DNA from: Diplonema japonicum
Taxonomy: Eukaryota > Protista > Euglenozoa: Diplonemea
DNA: 64,000 nt
NCBI GenBank assembly: GCA_964019335.1
Contig: OZ025668.1
Span: 310,001 to 374,000, forward strand
Direction of reading: 5' to 3'
Shown here one piece after another: positions 1-11,243 of the stretch; positions within the stretch are counted from its first letter, which is position 1, and each line of letters opens with the position of its first letter. The position numbers and the translations under genes were made by a program. The notes beneath the pieces were generated by a model, which ran no database searches, had not been told where the DNA came from, and saw nothing but the letters and a program-made list of their open reading frames with translations.

Positions 1-1178
1 AGAAGCACAATAGGAGTGAGGTAGTATCGAGGCTCGAACAGCGGAGAAGGCACGAGAGAGGCACAGGTTGCAAGGAAGAGCGTGAGCAGCAGAACCTTGG
101 GAGTGTTAGCGAATGCTTGAAGAACCCCGAGAACCCCACCACACGACGGGACGATGAAGAGGAACCGCAACAAGGACTCTTCGTTCTGCATTTGAAGTCT
201 TTTCCAAATGTAAAACGTGAAGTGGCGGTTGTCGGCGAGAGTGAATGGGTGCGTGATGCAAAACCATTTCAAACAAACGTATGAAGCCACACCCCAACAG
301 ACAACGAAGAACAGCTTCCCTGCAGAACGGTGCTTCACGATACCGACAACTCCTTCAAAGCAGAGAAACGGAAAGAAGACCGCCACTAATGCTGTCAGAT
401 ACACCATCTGCGTCGGGTGGAACACAGCTTCATGGTTTGACTTATCGCCCAACACGATGCCCCCGTTCACATACGCGGCTGAAGCAAACCCTAAGACTAC
501 GGCAACGACACCCACACGGCGTGTGAAGAATATCTTTTTGAAAAGGCTTGCTACCTTGTCGATTTGAAACAGCTGCAGCACATCCTCCACCCCCGCATCG
601 TGGAGAATAACAGTGCAGTAGCACAGAGCAACCCACACAATGTTGGTCTGCCGCAGACTGACCGCCCAAATGGATGTTACAAGAGGTAGTAACGCGTGGT
701 TGTGGCAGAGTTGAAGCATGAGGACCAGAATTGAAAATATAGACGCAAGGTCTGTGTAGTAAAAAGCCGAGTAGAAAAAGAGAAATGGGAATGTTAGTAT
801 CTGTGCTGCTACATGAGGCTGTTGTGCGGCGATGGGTTTTTTTTTCGTTAAAACCTTTGCGACTTTTTCGCTGTTGGCGAGGCGGGAGATGGTGATCGCA
901 GTCAGTGCGTAAAACACAGTGTTCAGAGCTCGAAGAACTGGCACGTCGCGGGATTCACCGAAGCCCGCCGCCTCGCAAAGCCTTGCCCAGCCAACCCCTA
1001 CTATGTAAAGACCAGGTGGTGTTGTAATCTTTTCGTCCCACTGCGACCAGTTCCCTGCTAGGTATGATCTTGTTTGCCCAACATGAAACGGCTCATCCAT
1101 ATACGGTTCCGCAACTTCTTTATTCATTAAACCCAGCCATATTGCCGACGTGAGCACCAGTAGGTTGTTTATAAGCAT
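1..1178 (-). CDS. ALG10: Dol-P-Glc alpha-1,2-glucosyltransferase (DIE2/ALG10 family), 3' end beyond window
   Basis: Not in the ORF track because no stop lies inside the window. Manual minus-strand translation from ATG 1178 gives MLINNLLVLTSAIWLGLMNKEVAEPYMDEPFHVGQTRSYLAGNWSQWDEKITTPPGLY...FFYSAFYYTD...HPFTLADNRHFTFYIW...PLFEPRYY. These are the diagnostic ALG10 motifs and all fall in one frame. Confidence 0.93.
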   Translation of the reverse strand, partial: MLINNLLVLTSAIWLGLMNKEVAEPYMDEPFHVGQTRSYLAGNWSQWDEKITTPPGLYIVGVGWARLCEAAGFGESRDVPVLRALNTVFYALTAITISRLANSEKVAKVLTKKKPIAAQQPHVAAQILTFPFLFFYSAFYYTDLASIFSILVLMLQLCHNHALLPLVTSIWAVSLRQTNIVWVALCYCTVILHDAGVEDVLQLFQIDKVASLFKKIFFTRRVGVVAVVLGFASAAYVNGGIVLGDKSNHEAVFHPTQMVYLTALVAVFFPFLCFEGVVGIVKHRSAGKLFFVVCWGVASYVCLKWFCITHPFTLADNRHFTFYIWKRLQMQNEESLLRFLFIVPSCGGVLGVLQAFANTPKVLLLTLFLATCASLVPSPLFEPRYYLTPIVL

Positions 1179-2266
1179 TTTTATCGCAATATATTTTCTT
1201 TTTTTATTTTTCGTCGTTTTTTTTTTTTTTCCTGGGAACTTGGTTTTGCAATATCAAATTAAAAAAAAAAAAACAGAAGAAAAATAGGAAAAAAAATGCT
1301 TGCACCCCCCCTTTTAAATTTCTTTTTTCACCGTCAAAAGAAAGGGGAGAAAAAAAAAAGAGAGAGGAGGATGGGAAATGGAGCTGAACCCTCTGCCAGT
1401 GTTCTGGAGAATTTTTTGAAATAGTAAAAGAAAGAAAATAAAGATTTCTCCAAGATGCGGTGAAGGTGGCTCAAGTCCTCTCTCTCCTTTTTTCTTTCTC
1501 CTTTCCTCAATACATCTGTTCATCCGGTCTCTAAAACTCAGGAAATAGAAGTAAATCAAAATTGCGGCGAAGAAAAGAGAAAAGGCGTTTCTTGGGGTCA
1601 AAGCTAGTTAATAATAGAGAGGGAAGGAAAGAGAGAGAAACAAACAATACAAAAAATAAAGGGGGAGAGGAAGAATGAAGGAAATCTCAACTTCTTTTTC
1701 TTCCCCGCCCCGTTTTTTTTATTTCGTTTGTTCTCCCTTATGTGGATCTTGCTGATCGAATTTCTTTTTGAAAACTTCCAGTAAAAACGGCAAATCATTT
1801 CAATACAGATAGCCTGAAAACTTGCCGTTTCAAAAAAAAAAAAAAAGGAAGTATTACAAAAAGACAGGATCCTTATCGAAAAGAAAAAGGGAATAAAACA
1901 AAAAGGGGAGAGAAAAAAAACAGAAAATGAGGTAGCCCTTGAGTTTCTGCTGGAGGGCAAAAATACCACATATTATGAAATTTCGAAGCGATGAAAAAAT
2001 TATAAAAAAGAAAAAGTGGGAAGGGGGGGAGGCATCAAGTGCTATTTGTTTGCCATGTTAAGTTAACATGAACAGCGAAATAGAATGCAAAGAAAAAAAA
2101 ATTAAATGATTTTTGGAAATTAGATCGTTGAACAGTTTGGTACTACAGTGGAGAAAGGTAGAAGAAGAGAAGAAAAGATGATAGGGGGCACGAACAAAAT
2201 TAAAACAAGAAAACACTCTACTCATCTTTTTCTTTCTTCTCCTTTTTCTTTTCTTGCACTCTCGAT

Positions 2267-4174
2267 CTATTCAAGGGAGCCGCACGGCCTGTACAGCCTA
2301 CGGGAAGAGGGCGGGACGAACATCATGGCAATGAAAGAGTCAGGGATCTGGTCCTTGCTGGTAGAGTGTCGGCTGCATTCTTCCTTCGCAAGCTTTCTGA
2401 ACATTGCTGCCTTGTCCCCGCCGTGCTTCTCCCTCTCGGCGTCTGCAGTATTGAAGAGTGTCTCCAGCTTCTCATCGGAGAGGTAGTGGTGGTGATTCTT
2501 GTGCTTGTGCGAGTGTCCCTTCTTCTTCGCGCCCAGTACGGTCCCTTCCCTTGCTGTACTCCCTTCGTTGAGGCACGTGGAGGAGCACCCATCACCGTCA
2601 ACAGTGTTCCCGTCATCGCATTCCTCAGAACCGCCCATCCCTTGATCGTCCACCGTCCCGTCCCCGCAGCATGTCAGCTTCGGTGCAGACCCCGGCACTA
2701 CCAGGTCCCAGCTCCCGCTTGCAGGACTCCCGATAAGGTCAGCAAGGTTGTCCGTGTCGTACCTGTAGCTGTTCCCTTCCGGCAGGTCGGTGATGAGGTG
2801 CATGTCACGGATCGTGACGGGGCCGCCGAAGTACACGGGGGTCCTGACCCCGTCCACGTCAAAGGGCAGCGTGGCGTCGAGGTCCACATCGGCAAGGGGC
2901 GGCAGGTCGTCTGTGTGGGTGCTGGGCGTGTACATGGCAGGGGTGATCGAGGCCTTCGGTGTCTCGTCGTAGCCGTGGTAGTCCTGCCACAGGGCCCATA
3001 TCCTGTCCACGTTCGCGTGGTGCACGAAGAACAGCGGGTCGTCGGGGCTCAGGCCGGACCCCATGTGGCCGCTGACGAAGCGGTGCGGGGAGGCGTGTGG
3101 GCTCCCCTCGAAGGTGGGACGGAAGACCGCGAAGTCTGTGTTTGAAGTGATGATTGCCGACATGTCCATCGCCCCTGTAAAGCCCGCCCCGCCCCACTGC
3201 CTCCATAGGCACTTATCGTTCGACGCAGTCCACCCTGCTGCCACACCGTCGGTCACGCAGTAGTCAGGCCACCCACTCGTCCCCTGCAGAGTCCCGAAGG
3301 TCTTCGCACGGAAGGGGGTGCTGAACTGCTCCTCCGCGTCGTCCCTCTCCCAGTCCCAGTAGGGCACCGTCACGCACTCGAACCCAGCGATGGAGCGCAG
3401 GGCGTTCTCGTACCCAATCACGAACCAACGGTGCCAAGGGAGGAAGGCAGAGGTCCCGTGGGCGTATTTCCCGAGGTGCACGTGCATCAGTGGGAAGTCG
3501 TGGTAGTCAGAGGTCTTCTGGGTCTTGAGCGCCTGCACCGCTGCGATGTAGTGGTCCCTCTCAGCACACGAGAGCATCGACCACCCCTTCCTTACACGAG
3601 GTCCGCAAACAGTACCAGGCTCGGGGGTAGGCTCAGGGGTGGGCTCGGGTGTCGGTGCAGGGGTGGGTTCAGGGGTGGGTGCGGGAGTCGGCTCAGGTGT
3701 CGGTGCAGGAGTCGGCTCAGGTGTGGGTGCAGGGGTAGGTTCGGGAGTCGGTCCTGGTGCAGGAGTCGGCTCAGGAGTCGGTGCAGGGGTAGGTTCAGGA
3801 GTGGGTGCGGGGGTCGGTTCGGGAGTCGGCTCAGGCGTTGGTTCGGGAGTAGGGGAGGGAGTGGGTTCAGCTGTGGGCTCGGGGGTGGGGGCGGGAGTGG
3901 GTGCAGGTGTGGGTACAGGAGTGAGCGCAGAAGGGACATCAGTCTCGTCATACCCGCCGCCGCACGTGCAACACGCCTCGTCTGCAACCCACTCGTTCCT
4001 ATACGAGCTCCCCAACCACCAACACCTCCAAGAGCTCGCTCCGTACCAATCACAGGTTCGAGTCGATCCCCTGCTGTCATGCCACACCGTCTCGTCAGAG
4101 AGCGTCTTGTCGACACAGGCACCATCTGCAGCTAGCAGGGAGCCCAGCAAAAGCCCGGCAAGCAAGATCTTCAT
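2267..4174 (-). CDS. Secreted tyrosinase (type-3 copper protein) with Cys-rich N-module, Pro/Thr linker, Myxococcus-type Cys-rich repeat and His-rich tail
   Basis: Signal peptide [15 protein letters not shown]; ACCTCGGG module; (PTPE/PTPA)n linker; Cu[14 protein letters not shown]; CuB PHASPH...[15 protein letters not shown]; [22 protein letters not shown]. Confidence 0.92.
   Translation of the reverse strand: MKILLAGLLLGSLLAADGACVDKTLSDETVWHDSRGSTRTCDWYGASSWRCWWLGSSYRNEWVADEACCTCGGGYDETDVPSALTPVPTPAPTPAPTPEPTAEPTPSPTPEPTPEPTPEPTPAPTPEPTPAPTPEPTPAPGPTPEPTPAPTPEPTPAPTPEPTPAPTPEPTPAPTPEPTPEPTPEPGTVCGPRVRKGWSMLSCAERDHYIAAVQALKTQKTSDYHDFPLMHVHLGKYAHGTSAFLPWHRWFVIGYENALRSIAGFECVTVPYWDWERDDAEEQFSTPFRAKTFGTLQGTSGWPDYCVTDGVAAGWTASNDKCLWRQWGGAGFTGAMDMSAIITSNTDFAVFRPTFEGSPHASPHRFVSGHMGSGLSPDDPLFFVHHANVDRIWALWQDYHGYDETPKASITPAMYTPSTHTDDLPPLADVDLDATLPFDVDGVRTPVYFGGPVTIRDMHLITDLPEGNSYRYDTDNLADLIGSPASGSWDLVVPGSAPKLTCCGDGTVDDQGMGGSEECDDGNTVDGDGCSSTCLNEGSTAREGTVLGAKKKGHSHKHKNHHHYLSDEKLETLFNTADAEREKHGGDKAAMFRKLAKEECSRHSTSKDQIPDSFIAMMFVPPSSRRLYRPCGSLE
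3618..3920 (-). repeat. Coding tandem repeat (12-nt units) encoding the PTPE/PTPA linker
   Basis: Degenerate 12-nt tandem units inside the tyrosinase CDS. Confidence 0.85.
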
Positions 4175-4496
4175 TTCAGCTATTTCTTTTTTTTAACCTG
4201 TGATATATGAGATCGTGCGAAATTAAACTGAAATAAATGAGTCCTTCGCGTTATGTTTTAATACCTTCCCCCCTCCTCTCCCCTCCCCTCCCCGTTCTTA
4301 CTTGTAACTTCCATTTCAAAGAAAATCGTTTTTTTTTTATTGGGTATTTTACGTCAAAAGCTTTTTGAAACGAGAGAAAAATATCTGTATAACAAAAGCA
4401 CAAGAAAAACGTGAGAACAAAGACGTTACATAAAAAAAAGAGAAAGAAAAAAAAAAAGGGCATTTTGAAAAGAAAGAGGAAAAAAAAAGAGTGTCT

Positions 4497-6319
4497 TTAT
4501 AGCTTCGCTTGTCCTTTGAGACCATTCCTTTCAGGCTGGAACCATTCAGAGATAACCAACTTGATCAGACTTGCAAGCTCCTTCTCAGCATCTTCTTTTG
4601 AAGTGGTGCTAATGAGCTCGGAGTAGTACCTTATAATTTTATTTTCTTCCCCTATTTTCCACATACTTGATCTTTGGCTCAGTTCCCGAAGTACGCATAG
4701 TGACAGTGGCGGAGTTCTTGAAGAAGAAGGTTAGCATGTATGACGAAGACCTTTTGGTGTGTTTTTTATTTATTTTTTCATGTTTCCTTTACATACCCTA
4801 CATCAACATCCTCCACGTCTGCAAGCTCATACCCACCAAGCACCTTGGGGTATTTCCTACCGTTCTTATTGATGGTGTCCTTTGCAGGGAAGTTCCTCAA
4901 ACGCTTGAAGATGGAGTGCGTGACGTCAGGGTCGTAGCTCAAAAAGTACGAGTTCTCATTGACGTGCCAGCCGTAGCAAGAGTAAAGGAACGAAAGGTAC
5001 TTCTCGAAAGTGTTATTGTTATTATACAGAGTCACCGCCATATCAGCCAGCAGCGCAGCGGTACTAACGCCGTCCTTGTCGAAGATGTTGGTGGCACCTG
5101 GCATGTATCCAATAGCCTCCTCGAACCCAAACAGAACTGTGTATCCTTCAGACTGCAGATCTTTCGCTTTGTTCCCAATCCACTTGAAGCCGGTCAGAGT
5201 GGATGCGAAATTAAAACCTTCGCGAGCTGCCATCGAGGCAAGGAACCTGGACGACACCCTGCTGGCTAGCATGTAGCATGACGAGGGCTTGGCATGGGAG
5301 GGCTTGTGCTTCCAACACCATGCACCTAGAAGCGCGCCAAGTTCATTCCCAGAAAACACTTTCCACGTCCCGTCCGGCCGTCTCTCAGCAAGCGCCAGAC
5401 GGTCAGCATCAGGATCGTTCGCCAGCACCACTGGTAAGTTGTTGTCCTCCGCAACCTTCATCACTTCGTTTAAAACATTCGGCTCCTCAGGGTTCGGGAA
5501 CGGTGCGGTGGGGAAGGCTGGGTCCGGGTACCCTTGCGACTCGGGGACAAGGGGAGCAGGAAGCCCGAACATCCTGAAGGCCATCTCCACCATCTGCCGT
5601 CCCACACCGTGAACAGGAGTGTAAGCGAAGAGGTTCTTACTCATCGAGTTTGCTATTCTGTTCCTGCAGAGTGTCTTAACGTTATTGAGGTACCCCGACT
5701 GCAGCTCCATGAGGGGGTCGATGACAGGTGGCACCGTGTCCCACACGCCGTCCCATGGGCGGAGGTTGGAGAGGATCGACGCCTCAATGCCTGCATCGTG
5801 AGGAGGAATGATCTGGACACCATTCGACCAGTACACCTTGTAGCCGTTGTCGTCCTTCGGGTTATGGGATGCGGTGATCATGACACCGACGTCTGCTTTG
5901 AGAGTTGTGACACCGAACGGGACCATCGGAGTGGGGACGATCGAGGAGTACAAGTAGCAAGACCCGCCTGCTAAATGACAGGCAGTGGCGACGAGCTTCG
6001 CCCATTTGTCTGAGTTGTACCTAGCGTCGTAGCCCACCACCACAGTGATGTCTCGCTTCCCTGTCTTCTCCTGCACGTACTTCACGAGCCCCTGCGAAGT
6101 CTGCACGATCGTTACATCGTTCATCCCGTTCCACCCCGGTGCGATCCTTCCCCGCAACCCCGCCGTTCCGAACTTCAACCTCTTCGAAAACATTTCTTGC
6201 AGCTTCCTCTCATCCCCCTCCCGCAGCGCTACTTCCACCGCTCGCCGTGTCGACTGGTTTCTGTCAATCTCCAGCCATTTCCCCGCCTCAGTCTTTAACG
6301 CGTCCATATCCATGCCCAT
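4497..6319 (-). CDS. Phosphoglucomutase/phosphopentomutase (PGM2-like); introns 4751-4796 and 4630-4666
   Basis: Motifs FGTAGLRG, ITASHNP, DPDADR and FEEAIG. Removing two GT-AG introns restores the C-terminal RTSGTEPKIKYYSE motif and a TAA stop at 4497. Confidence 0.93.
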
Positions 6320-6422
6320 GCCTGAAGGCGTTAATATTCTGTTAAATTATTTGGGGAGGTATTTATTTTCATCTTTTCTTTTTTTTTTTCTTTTTGTTTT
6401 GTCTTTTTTTTTTTTACCACCT

Positions 6423-7439
6423 CTAATTTTTCAGCTGATGAGGGATGGAAACCCCTTTCTTAAGATACCAGCAGTCGGTGGTGCTGTTGCTGACGAGTTT
6501 TCCCGGACGGAGGAAGGGCCGTCCCGAAGGGGAACAGAGTTGGGTTTGGTAGGTATGTCGCCCTGCAGACCTGGTGCCGACGATGAGGTCGTGCTGGGCA
6601 TGGGGTTTGGGTAGGCGCTCTAGAGGAGTGCCCTTGCAGAGCTTGCGAGGGAGGAAGGATTGATGCTTGGCGGCGTGGGGACTGGCAACCACGTCACCGA
6701 GGAGGGTACTGACGTCGATATTGCTGGGTTTTTTAGAGTTGGTCCGTAGACGGTGCCGCTTCAGCTTGTAGGGGAGCTGCGACCTCCTGTGCATGTACTC
6801 TTCCCTCGCCTGGAACTCCGCATTGTCAGAAACTTCTAAAGGCTCCATGTCGAGTGTGCCATCTTTGATGATCCCGACGAACTCCTTCAAACCTTTCTGT
6901 TCCAATTGTTTTCCATACACACCCCGTACATGACACATCCAAGGACACCGCATGGCTTCTCCCCAAAACCGAACATCGCCTTCACGATACAAAGGCGGCA
7001 GCCCAAGGATGTATAACCCTGTGTTGAGTGCTTCTTTTTTAGCATGATCGTTGTCAGAGGGTGTGGGTTCGCCTCGGGCAATACGGCCGTTTGGGCCGGA
7101 CCCGAGACGTGCGCCACCGAACTTCCCCCATTTGTATATGCTGGTTAATGTAGTTTGTTTGACTGCCTTGGCGATCCATCGTACGGCCAAGGTGTACTTT
7201 CGCATTAAGACGCAGATTATTGCCATGTAGTACATCCCCTGCACACAGCTCGGTGTCGCTTCGTGCATTTTTGTAAACAGGTCTTCTGCCTCCCAAAACA
7301 ACTTTCGAGACAGGGCTGTGAACGCCTTTTCTTTATCATGTGTGAACTCCTCTTGGTACCGTGCCAGTGCAGCGTCAACATCGATGGGCCTGCCTTCGTC
7401 GAAATCATCGTGTACACACCGCCCTTGTTCGTCATGCAT
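6423..7439 (-). CDS. Hypothetical protein with an N-terminal TPR-like helical segment
   Basis: ~340-aa ORF on the gene-bearing strand, ATG preceded by an A-run. AFTALSRKLFWEAEDLF...MYYMAIICVLMRKYTLAVRWIAKA is TPR-like. Confidence 0.65.
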   Translation of the reverse strand: MHDEQGRCVHDDFDEGRPIDVDAALARYQEEFTHDKEKAFTALSRKLFWEAEDLFTKMHEATPSCVQGMYYMAIICVLMRKYTLAVRWIAKAVKQTTLTSIYKWGKFGGARLGSGPNGRIARGEPTPSDNDHAKKEALNTGLYILGLPPLYREGDVRFWGEAMRCPWMCHVRGVYGKQLEQKGLKEFVGIIKDGTLDMEPLEVSDNAEFQAREEYMHRRSQLPYKLKRHRLRTNSKKPSNIDVSTLLGDVVASPHAAKHQSFLPRKLCKGTPLERLPKPHAQHDLIVGTRSAGRHTYQTQLCSPSGRPFLRPGKLVSNSTTDCWYLKKGVSIPHQLKN

Positions 7440-7560
7440 TCCTCGCACCTTCTGTTTTTTTTTTTTTTTTTTTTTTTCTTCTTTTTTTATGTAGAGAGAA
7501 AAAATGGAAGGAACTGCAAAAAAGAGAGAGAAAAAAAAAAAAGAAAACGATGAACACTTC

Positions 7561-7591
<31 letters not shown>

Positions 7592-7592
7592 T

Positions 7593-8501
7593 TCAGCAAG
7601 TTACCATTCCCTGCAACAGCTGATGAGCTATCTTCACACGCAAGTAAGGAATGTCTTCTTGAGAGAACTCAAAATCGGTGGCCCCTTTTGTGAGCTCGTT
7701 GCAATATTGACATATGAAAACACCGCAATCGTTTTGATTAGTTTGCTGCGGGATGGAAGGCCCTGGGGTATAGAAAGTGAAGTCGGAGAAAGAACGCCTG
7801 GCATGCTTACGGTGGATGTACTCCTCTTGAAGCCATGAAACAATGAGGTCGAGAAGTGCGGGCTCTGTGGAGCCGATGGAGTCGTACGAGCTGATTGTTT
7901 TCTGCTTAAAATCAACCACTGCGAGGGCCCAGTGGCGGCCCACGTTGAGGGGGAAGAGCAGGATATCGAACGAGAAGACATCGATCTTTCTGGTCCATCT
8001 CTTCACTGCGTTGTAGTCGCACTGGGAGCTGATGAGTTTGGTGAAGAAGTGTGTACCTAAGTTGTAGCATTTCGGGTACTCGGCAACATGTTTCGAGCGT
8101 TCTACTAAGAGAAGTAGATAGTTGTTTACAACAACGTCGTTTAGCCATTTCTTGCCGTGCAGGGTGTCCAAGTCCCCCCGTGTCATTACTGGTGTCGTGC
8201 CTTCGATTTTTTCACTATATCGTGAATCGTCCACCCCCCACCCCGCCGTCTCCAGAACCTCAAGGTCCTCTTCCAGGACCGGCATTCCGTTGATGATCTG
8301 CTGCGTTCCGTACATTTTCCCCAGCTCGTATGTCATTCCCTCCAGTTGGCTTTTCAATGTGGGCAGCCGTCCGTTCACCGCCCTGCGGATGACGGTCATC
8401 AAGACAGCTTTCTCCAGCTCTTTCAGCATGCAGCGTTTCTTAACAATCCGGTAGGTGTCTTCCAGTAGCAGGCCTTCGAGGAGGCCGCGGTCTCGTTTCA
8501 T
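7593..8501 (-). CDS. Ulp1/SENP-family SUMO protease (peptidase C48)
   Basis: WLNDVVVNNY, HWAL, YDS and PQQTNQNDCG catalytic motifs. Confidence 0.93.
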   Translation of the reverse strand: MKRDRGLLEGLLLEDTYRIVKKRCMLKELEKAVLMTVIRRAVNGRLPTLKSQLEGMTYELGKMYGTQQIINGMPVLEEDLEVLETAGWGVDDSRYSEKIEGTTPVMTRGDLDTLHGKKWLNDVVVNNYLLLLVERSKHVAEYPKCYNLGTHFFTKLISSQCDYNAVKRWTRKIDVFSFDILLFPLNVGRHWALAVVDFKQKTISSYDSIGSTEPALLDLIVSWLQEEYIHRKHARRSFSDFTFYTPGPSIPQQTNQNDCGVFICQYCNELTKGATDFEFSQEDIPYLRVKIAHQLLQGMVTC

Positions 8502-8589
8502 TTCCCCCCCTTCCTCGAAAGGGAAAAAAAAAAAAAAAAGAAAAAAAAAAAAAGAGACAAAAAAAAAAAAAAAAGAAAAGAAAATGCAG

Positions 8590-8615
8590 GAGTTGAAGGA
8601 GGTCTTTGTGAGACC

Positions 8616-8617
<2 letters not shown>
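8590..8617 (-). mobile_element. Bare 3'-terminal remnant of the retroposon family (tail type A)
   Basis: Plus-strand gagttgaaggaggtctttgtgagaccc matches gagttaaaggaagtctttgtgagacgc at 45904-45930. Embedded between A-runs, i.e. T-tracts on the coding strand. Confidence 0.6.
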
Positions 8618-8655
<38 letters not shown>

Positions 8656-8844
8656 AAGAAAAATAAAGTAGTTTCAGTGGTAATTTCACTGTTCAACGAA
8701 ATTCAAATAGTCGGCCAGCATTCTGTGCTGTTTGGGATGGCATGGAGCAAGGTCAGCATCATGGTGACATCATACTCCTTTCTACGTAATACAAAACAGA
8801 CAAAAATAATAAAAAAGAAAAAAAAAAAAAAAACTGCAACTATT

Positions 8845-9933
8845 TTATTTCTTCTTCCTCCCGGTCACTGAGAGTAAAACTCCTGCGATCAGCGACCCCA
8901 GCCCTCCCAGTAACAACAGCGGTGTGAAATCGGCTTGGCTGCAAAACCGATCATCCCCTTCCATGTCCTCAGGTCGGAAAATTGGCTTATCCGGGACAGG
9001 CTGAAGCGACCGTGTCGAATCCCCTCGACAAAACCGTGGAACATCCCAAGTAGGACCCAGACGGAACATGGCAGGAGCAGAGCCCTCGAGAGCCGCGAGC
9101 TGGGTTAGATGGAGCCCGATAGATTTGTACCTTGGGAGCTCTTCGCCCAGCTGGTACATGTCGGCTAACGCGAGAAGAGATGATGCATCCTTCAAGACAA
9201 GGGCACCATAAGACAGCCATAAGTATTTCTCTGGGAGAGAAATTCTACTATCCGCACACAGTGCATGCACGGCAGGGGGGTAGTTCATGAATACTACTGC
9301 GACGCCGAGCTTCCGTTTATACTCACCCATCGAAGTGGAGCTGATTGCATTGCTAGTTAGTTCGTCGGGAGGCATTCCGACTTCCTCGGGAAGTGGGTAG
9401 AAGTACTCGCGTTTTGGTGGAAAGCTGCCAAGATCCTTGACTATCCGGGTCATCACCGCTTCGTGAAACTTCATCAGCTTGTCAACTGTCGCCAGTTCGC
9501 CGTTCCCAAATTCCTGTCGCATCTTGAGTAAGTTAGCACCGCTTGATTGCAACAAAGGTGGCTCCTTGAACTCTTCCGCTGCCAGTTTATCCAGTTCTTT
9601 TATTGTCACCAACACCCCTTCTTCCTCTTCAGAGACGGTTTTCCGCACCAAGTATTTCCATTCTCGTTTCTCCGCTTTTTTCATCGTCACAATTATCACT
9701 GGACCCGCGCCGTTGTCTCCTACTACCATTTCAGCCGTAACTACGGTACCGTTCAGTTTAATCTCTGTCTTGTCGATGACCACTCGTGACTGTCCTTGTT
9801 CGTCGCACTTCTCTAATGTGACTTTTAAATCTTCAGCGCGTCTGCCTTTTGGAAGGCAGGTATCAAGTGTGATCACCACTTGTTCTGCAGTTTGATCCCA
9901 TTCGTATGTTACAGTGTCAGATAGGCTGGGCAT
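8845..9933 (-). CDS. CS (p23/NudC-like) domain protein with Sel1-like segment and C-terminal TM anchor
   Basis: YEWDQTAEQVVITL...IIVTMKKAEKREWKYL is CS-like; SLLALADMYQLG...AALEGSAPAMFRLG is Sel1-like; hydrophobic C-terminus followed by RKKK. Confidence 0.65.
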   Translation of the reverse strand: MPSLSDTVTYEWDQTAEQVVITLDTCLPKGRRAEDLKVTLEKCDEQGQSRVVIDKTEIKLNGTVVTAEMVVGDNGAGPVIIVTMKKAEKREWKYLVRKTVSEEEEGVLVTIKELDKLAAEEFKEPPLLQSSGANLLKMRQEFGNGELATVDKLMKFHEAVMTRIVKDLGSFPPKREYFYPLPEEVGMPPDELTSNAISSTSMGEYKRKLGVAVVFMNYPPAVHALCADSRISLPEKYLWLSYGALVLKDASSLLALADMYQLGEELPRYKSIGLHLTQLAALEGSAPAMFRLGPTWDVPRFCRGDSTRSLQPVPDKPIFRPEDMEGDDRFCSQADFTPLLLLGGLGSLIAGVLLSVTGRKKK

Positions 9934-10019
9934 TTTTCTTTTGTTTGTTTTCTTTTTCTTGTTTTGTTTTTATCTTTCGTTGCAAAGGCTGTCAAGGGGG
10001 AAAATTTATTTTTTTACTT

Positions 10020-11243
10020 CTACCCTTCTACCCCGCCGTTCAAATATTCCACGTTTACTTTCACGACGTCACGAAGCGTTGCGAGAGCATCGCCGAGATG
10101 GTCCTTTGTTACCCCGTACTTGCTGTACCAGTGCAGATAAGCCCCTGATAGGTACTTTGCAAATGCTTGGTTGGACAGCGGTATCAAGAAACTGAGCAAA
10201 GTGTGCGGGCACGTCAAGGCGCGAACGATTAATCTGCGGTGCTTGTCCGTAGCAGGGTACAGCAAAGGCGACTGCACCACAGCGGACCTGCACGGAGGCG
10301 GGACCTTTTGCAAGATTTCGTACCCTTGTTCCGTCTCTACCTTGCTCGGGCTGGACGCTACCAAGGATGCCCCCACCGTTTTTTTATGCTTCTTGACGAC
10401 AGCCCTCACCGCAGTGCCCCAAGGATCACACTCGTAAGACGTTTCAAACAGCGACACAAACGCAACCTTATGGTACTCATGGGGGGCATTCTCCCCCACC
10501 AGCGAGCTGCCTATAAAAGGGACGTAGCCTCGTTGCAGCAAGAGAAGCATTGATGTTGTGATGCTGTCGTTGATATCTTTCAAGGAAACCGTTTTGCGGG
10601 TTTTTGCAAGTGAGGTTGAGATATCTTGATTCGAGAAGAGAAGGATCAGACTGGAGTGCCTGTAAAGGTGGGACAGTGTTAGGGCAGCGTTGATGCTCGA
10701 TACTGCGGTGTCGCCGAAGGAGTGGGGGGCAACTACCACTGAGATGTAATAACTGGCTTCTTCCTTGAACTGTTTCTTGGCTTCGCCTATCAGCCTTGAC
10801 CCTAACCCGCTGCCAGTGCCTCCTGCTAAGGAATGTATGAACATTACAGTTTCAACATAACCCCCAGCTCGTTTGATCTCTTCCTGTAAAGCTGTCAGTG
10901 CCCGCTCCACGATCGGTACTATAAGTGGTGTCCATTTCGTGGTGAATGCCGGTTTCTTCCTTATTTGGTTGCCTTTGGGAGGTGATTGCTTGCAGGCTCC
11001 TGTGTACCCGAAGGCCCAGTTGTTACCTCTGCCTTCCTCTTCCCACACAAAGCTTTGTCTTCTAAACAGCCTTTTTCGGTCCTGTTTCAGTACCCCTTCA
11101 ATCACTTTCGGTTCCGTGTCAACCCCAACACACCTTACACACCCGTCTGTGTGATGCGTCCGTTCGTTTCGCTCCAAATTGTTGCATATTTGCGCCCCGA
11201 TCTGCACCCCGCACTGCCCTACCAACACAAAGACAACAGACAT
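10020..11243 (-). CDS. Divergent tubulin, delta/zeta class (zeta favoured)
   Basis: VGQCGVQIG, DTEPKVI, GRGNNWAFGY, HSLAGGTGSGLGS tubulin signature and C-terminal AYLHWY. Confidence 0.85.
   Translation of the reverse strand: MSVVFVLVGQCGVQIGAQICNNLERNERTHHTDGCVRCVGVDTEPKVIEGVLKQDRKRLFRRQSFVWEEEGRGNNWAFGYTGACKQSPPKGNQIRKKPAFTTKWTPLIVPIVERALTALQEEIKRAGGYVETVMFIHSLAGGTGSGLGSRLIGEAKKQFKEEASYYISVVVAPHSFGDTAVSSINAALTLSHLYRHSSLILLFSNQDISTSLAKTRKTVSLKDINDSITTSMLLLLQRGYVPFIGSSLVGENAPHEYHKVAFVSLFETSYECDPWGTAVRAVVKKHKKTVGASLVASSPSKVETEQGYEILQKVPPPCRSAVVQSPLLYPATDKHRRLIVRALTCPHTLLSFLIPLSNQAFAKYLSGAYLHWYSKYGVTKDHLGDALATLRDVVKVNVEYLNGGVEG

Noticed and set aside
217-567. Plus-strand ORFs overlapping long minus-strand genes (here and e.g. 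2366-3145, 29238-29927)
   Set aside because: Antisense shadows of GC-rich coding sequence; the minus frame carries the recognisable motifs.
3618-3920. Regular repeats resembling a CRISPR array or satellite
   Set aside because: No unique spacers; it is the coding Pro/Thr linker of the tyrosinase. No cas genes, and the context is eukaryotic.
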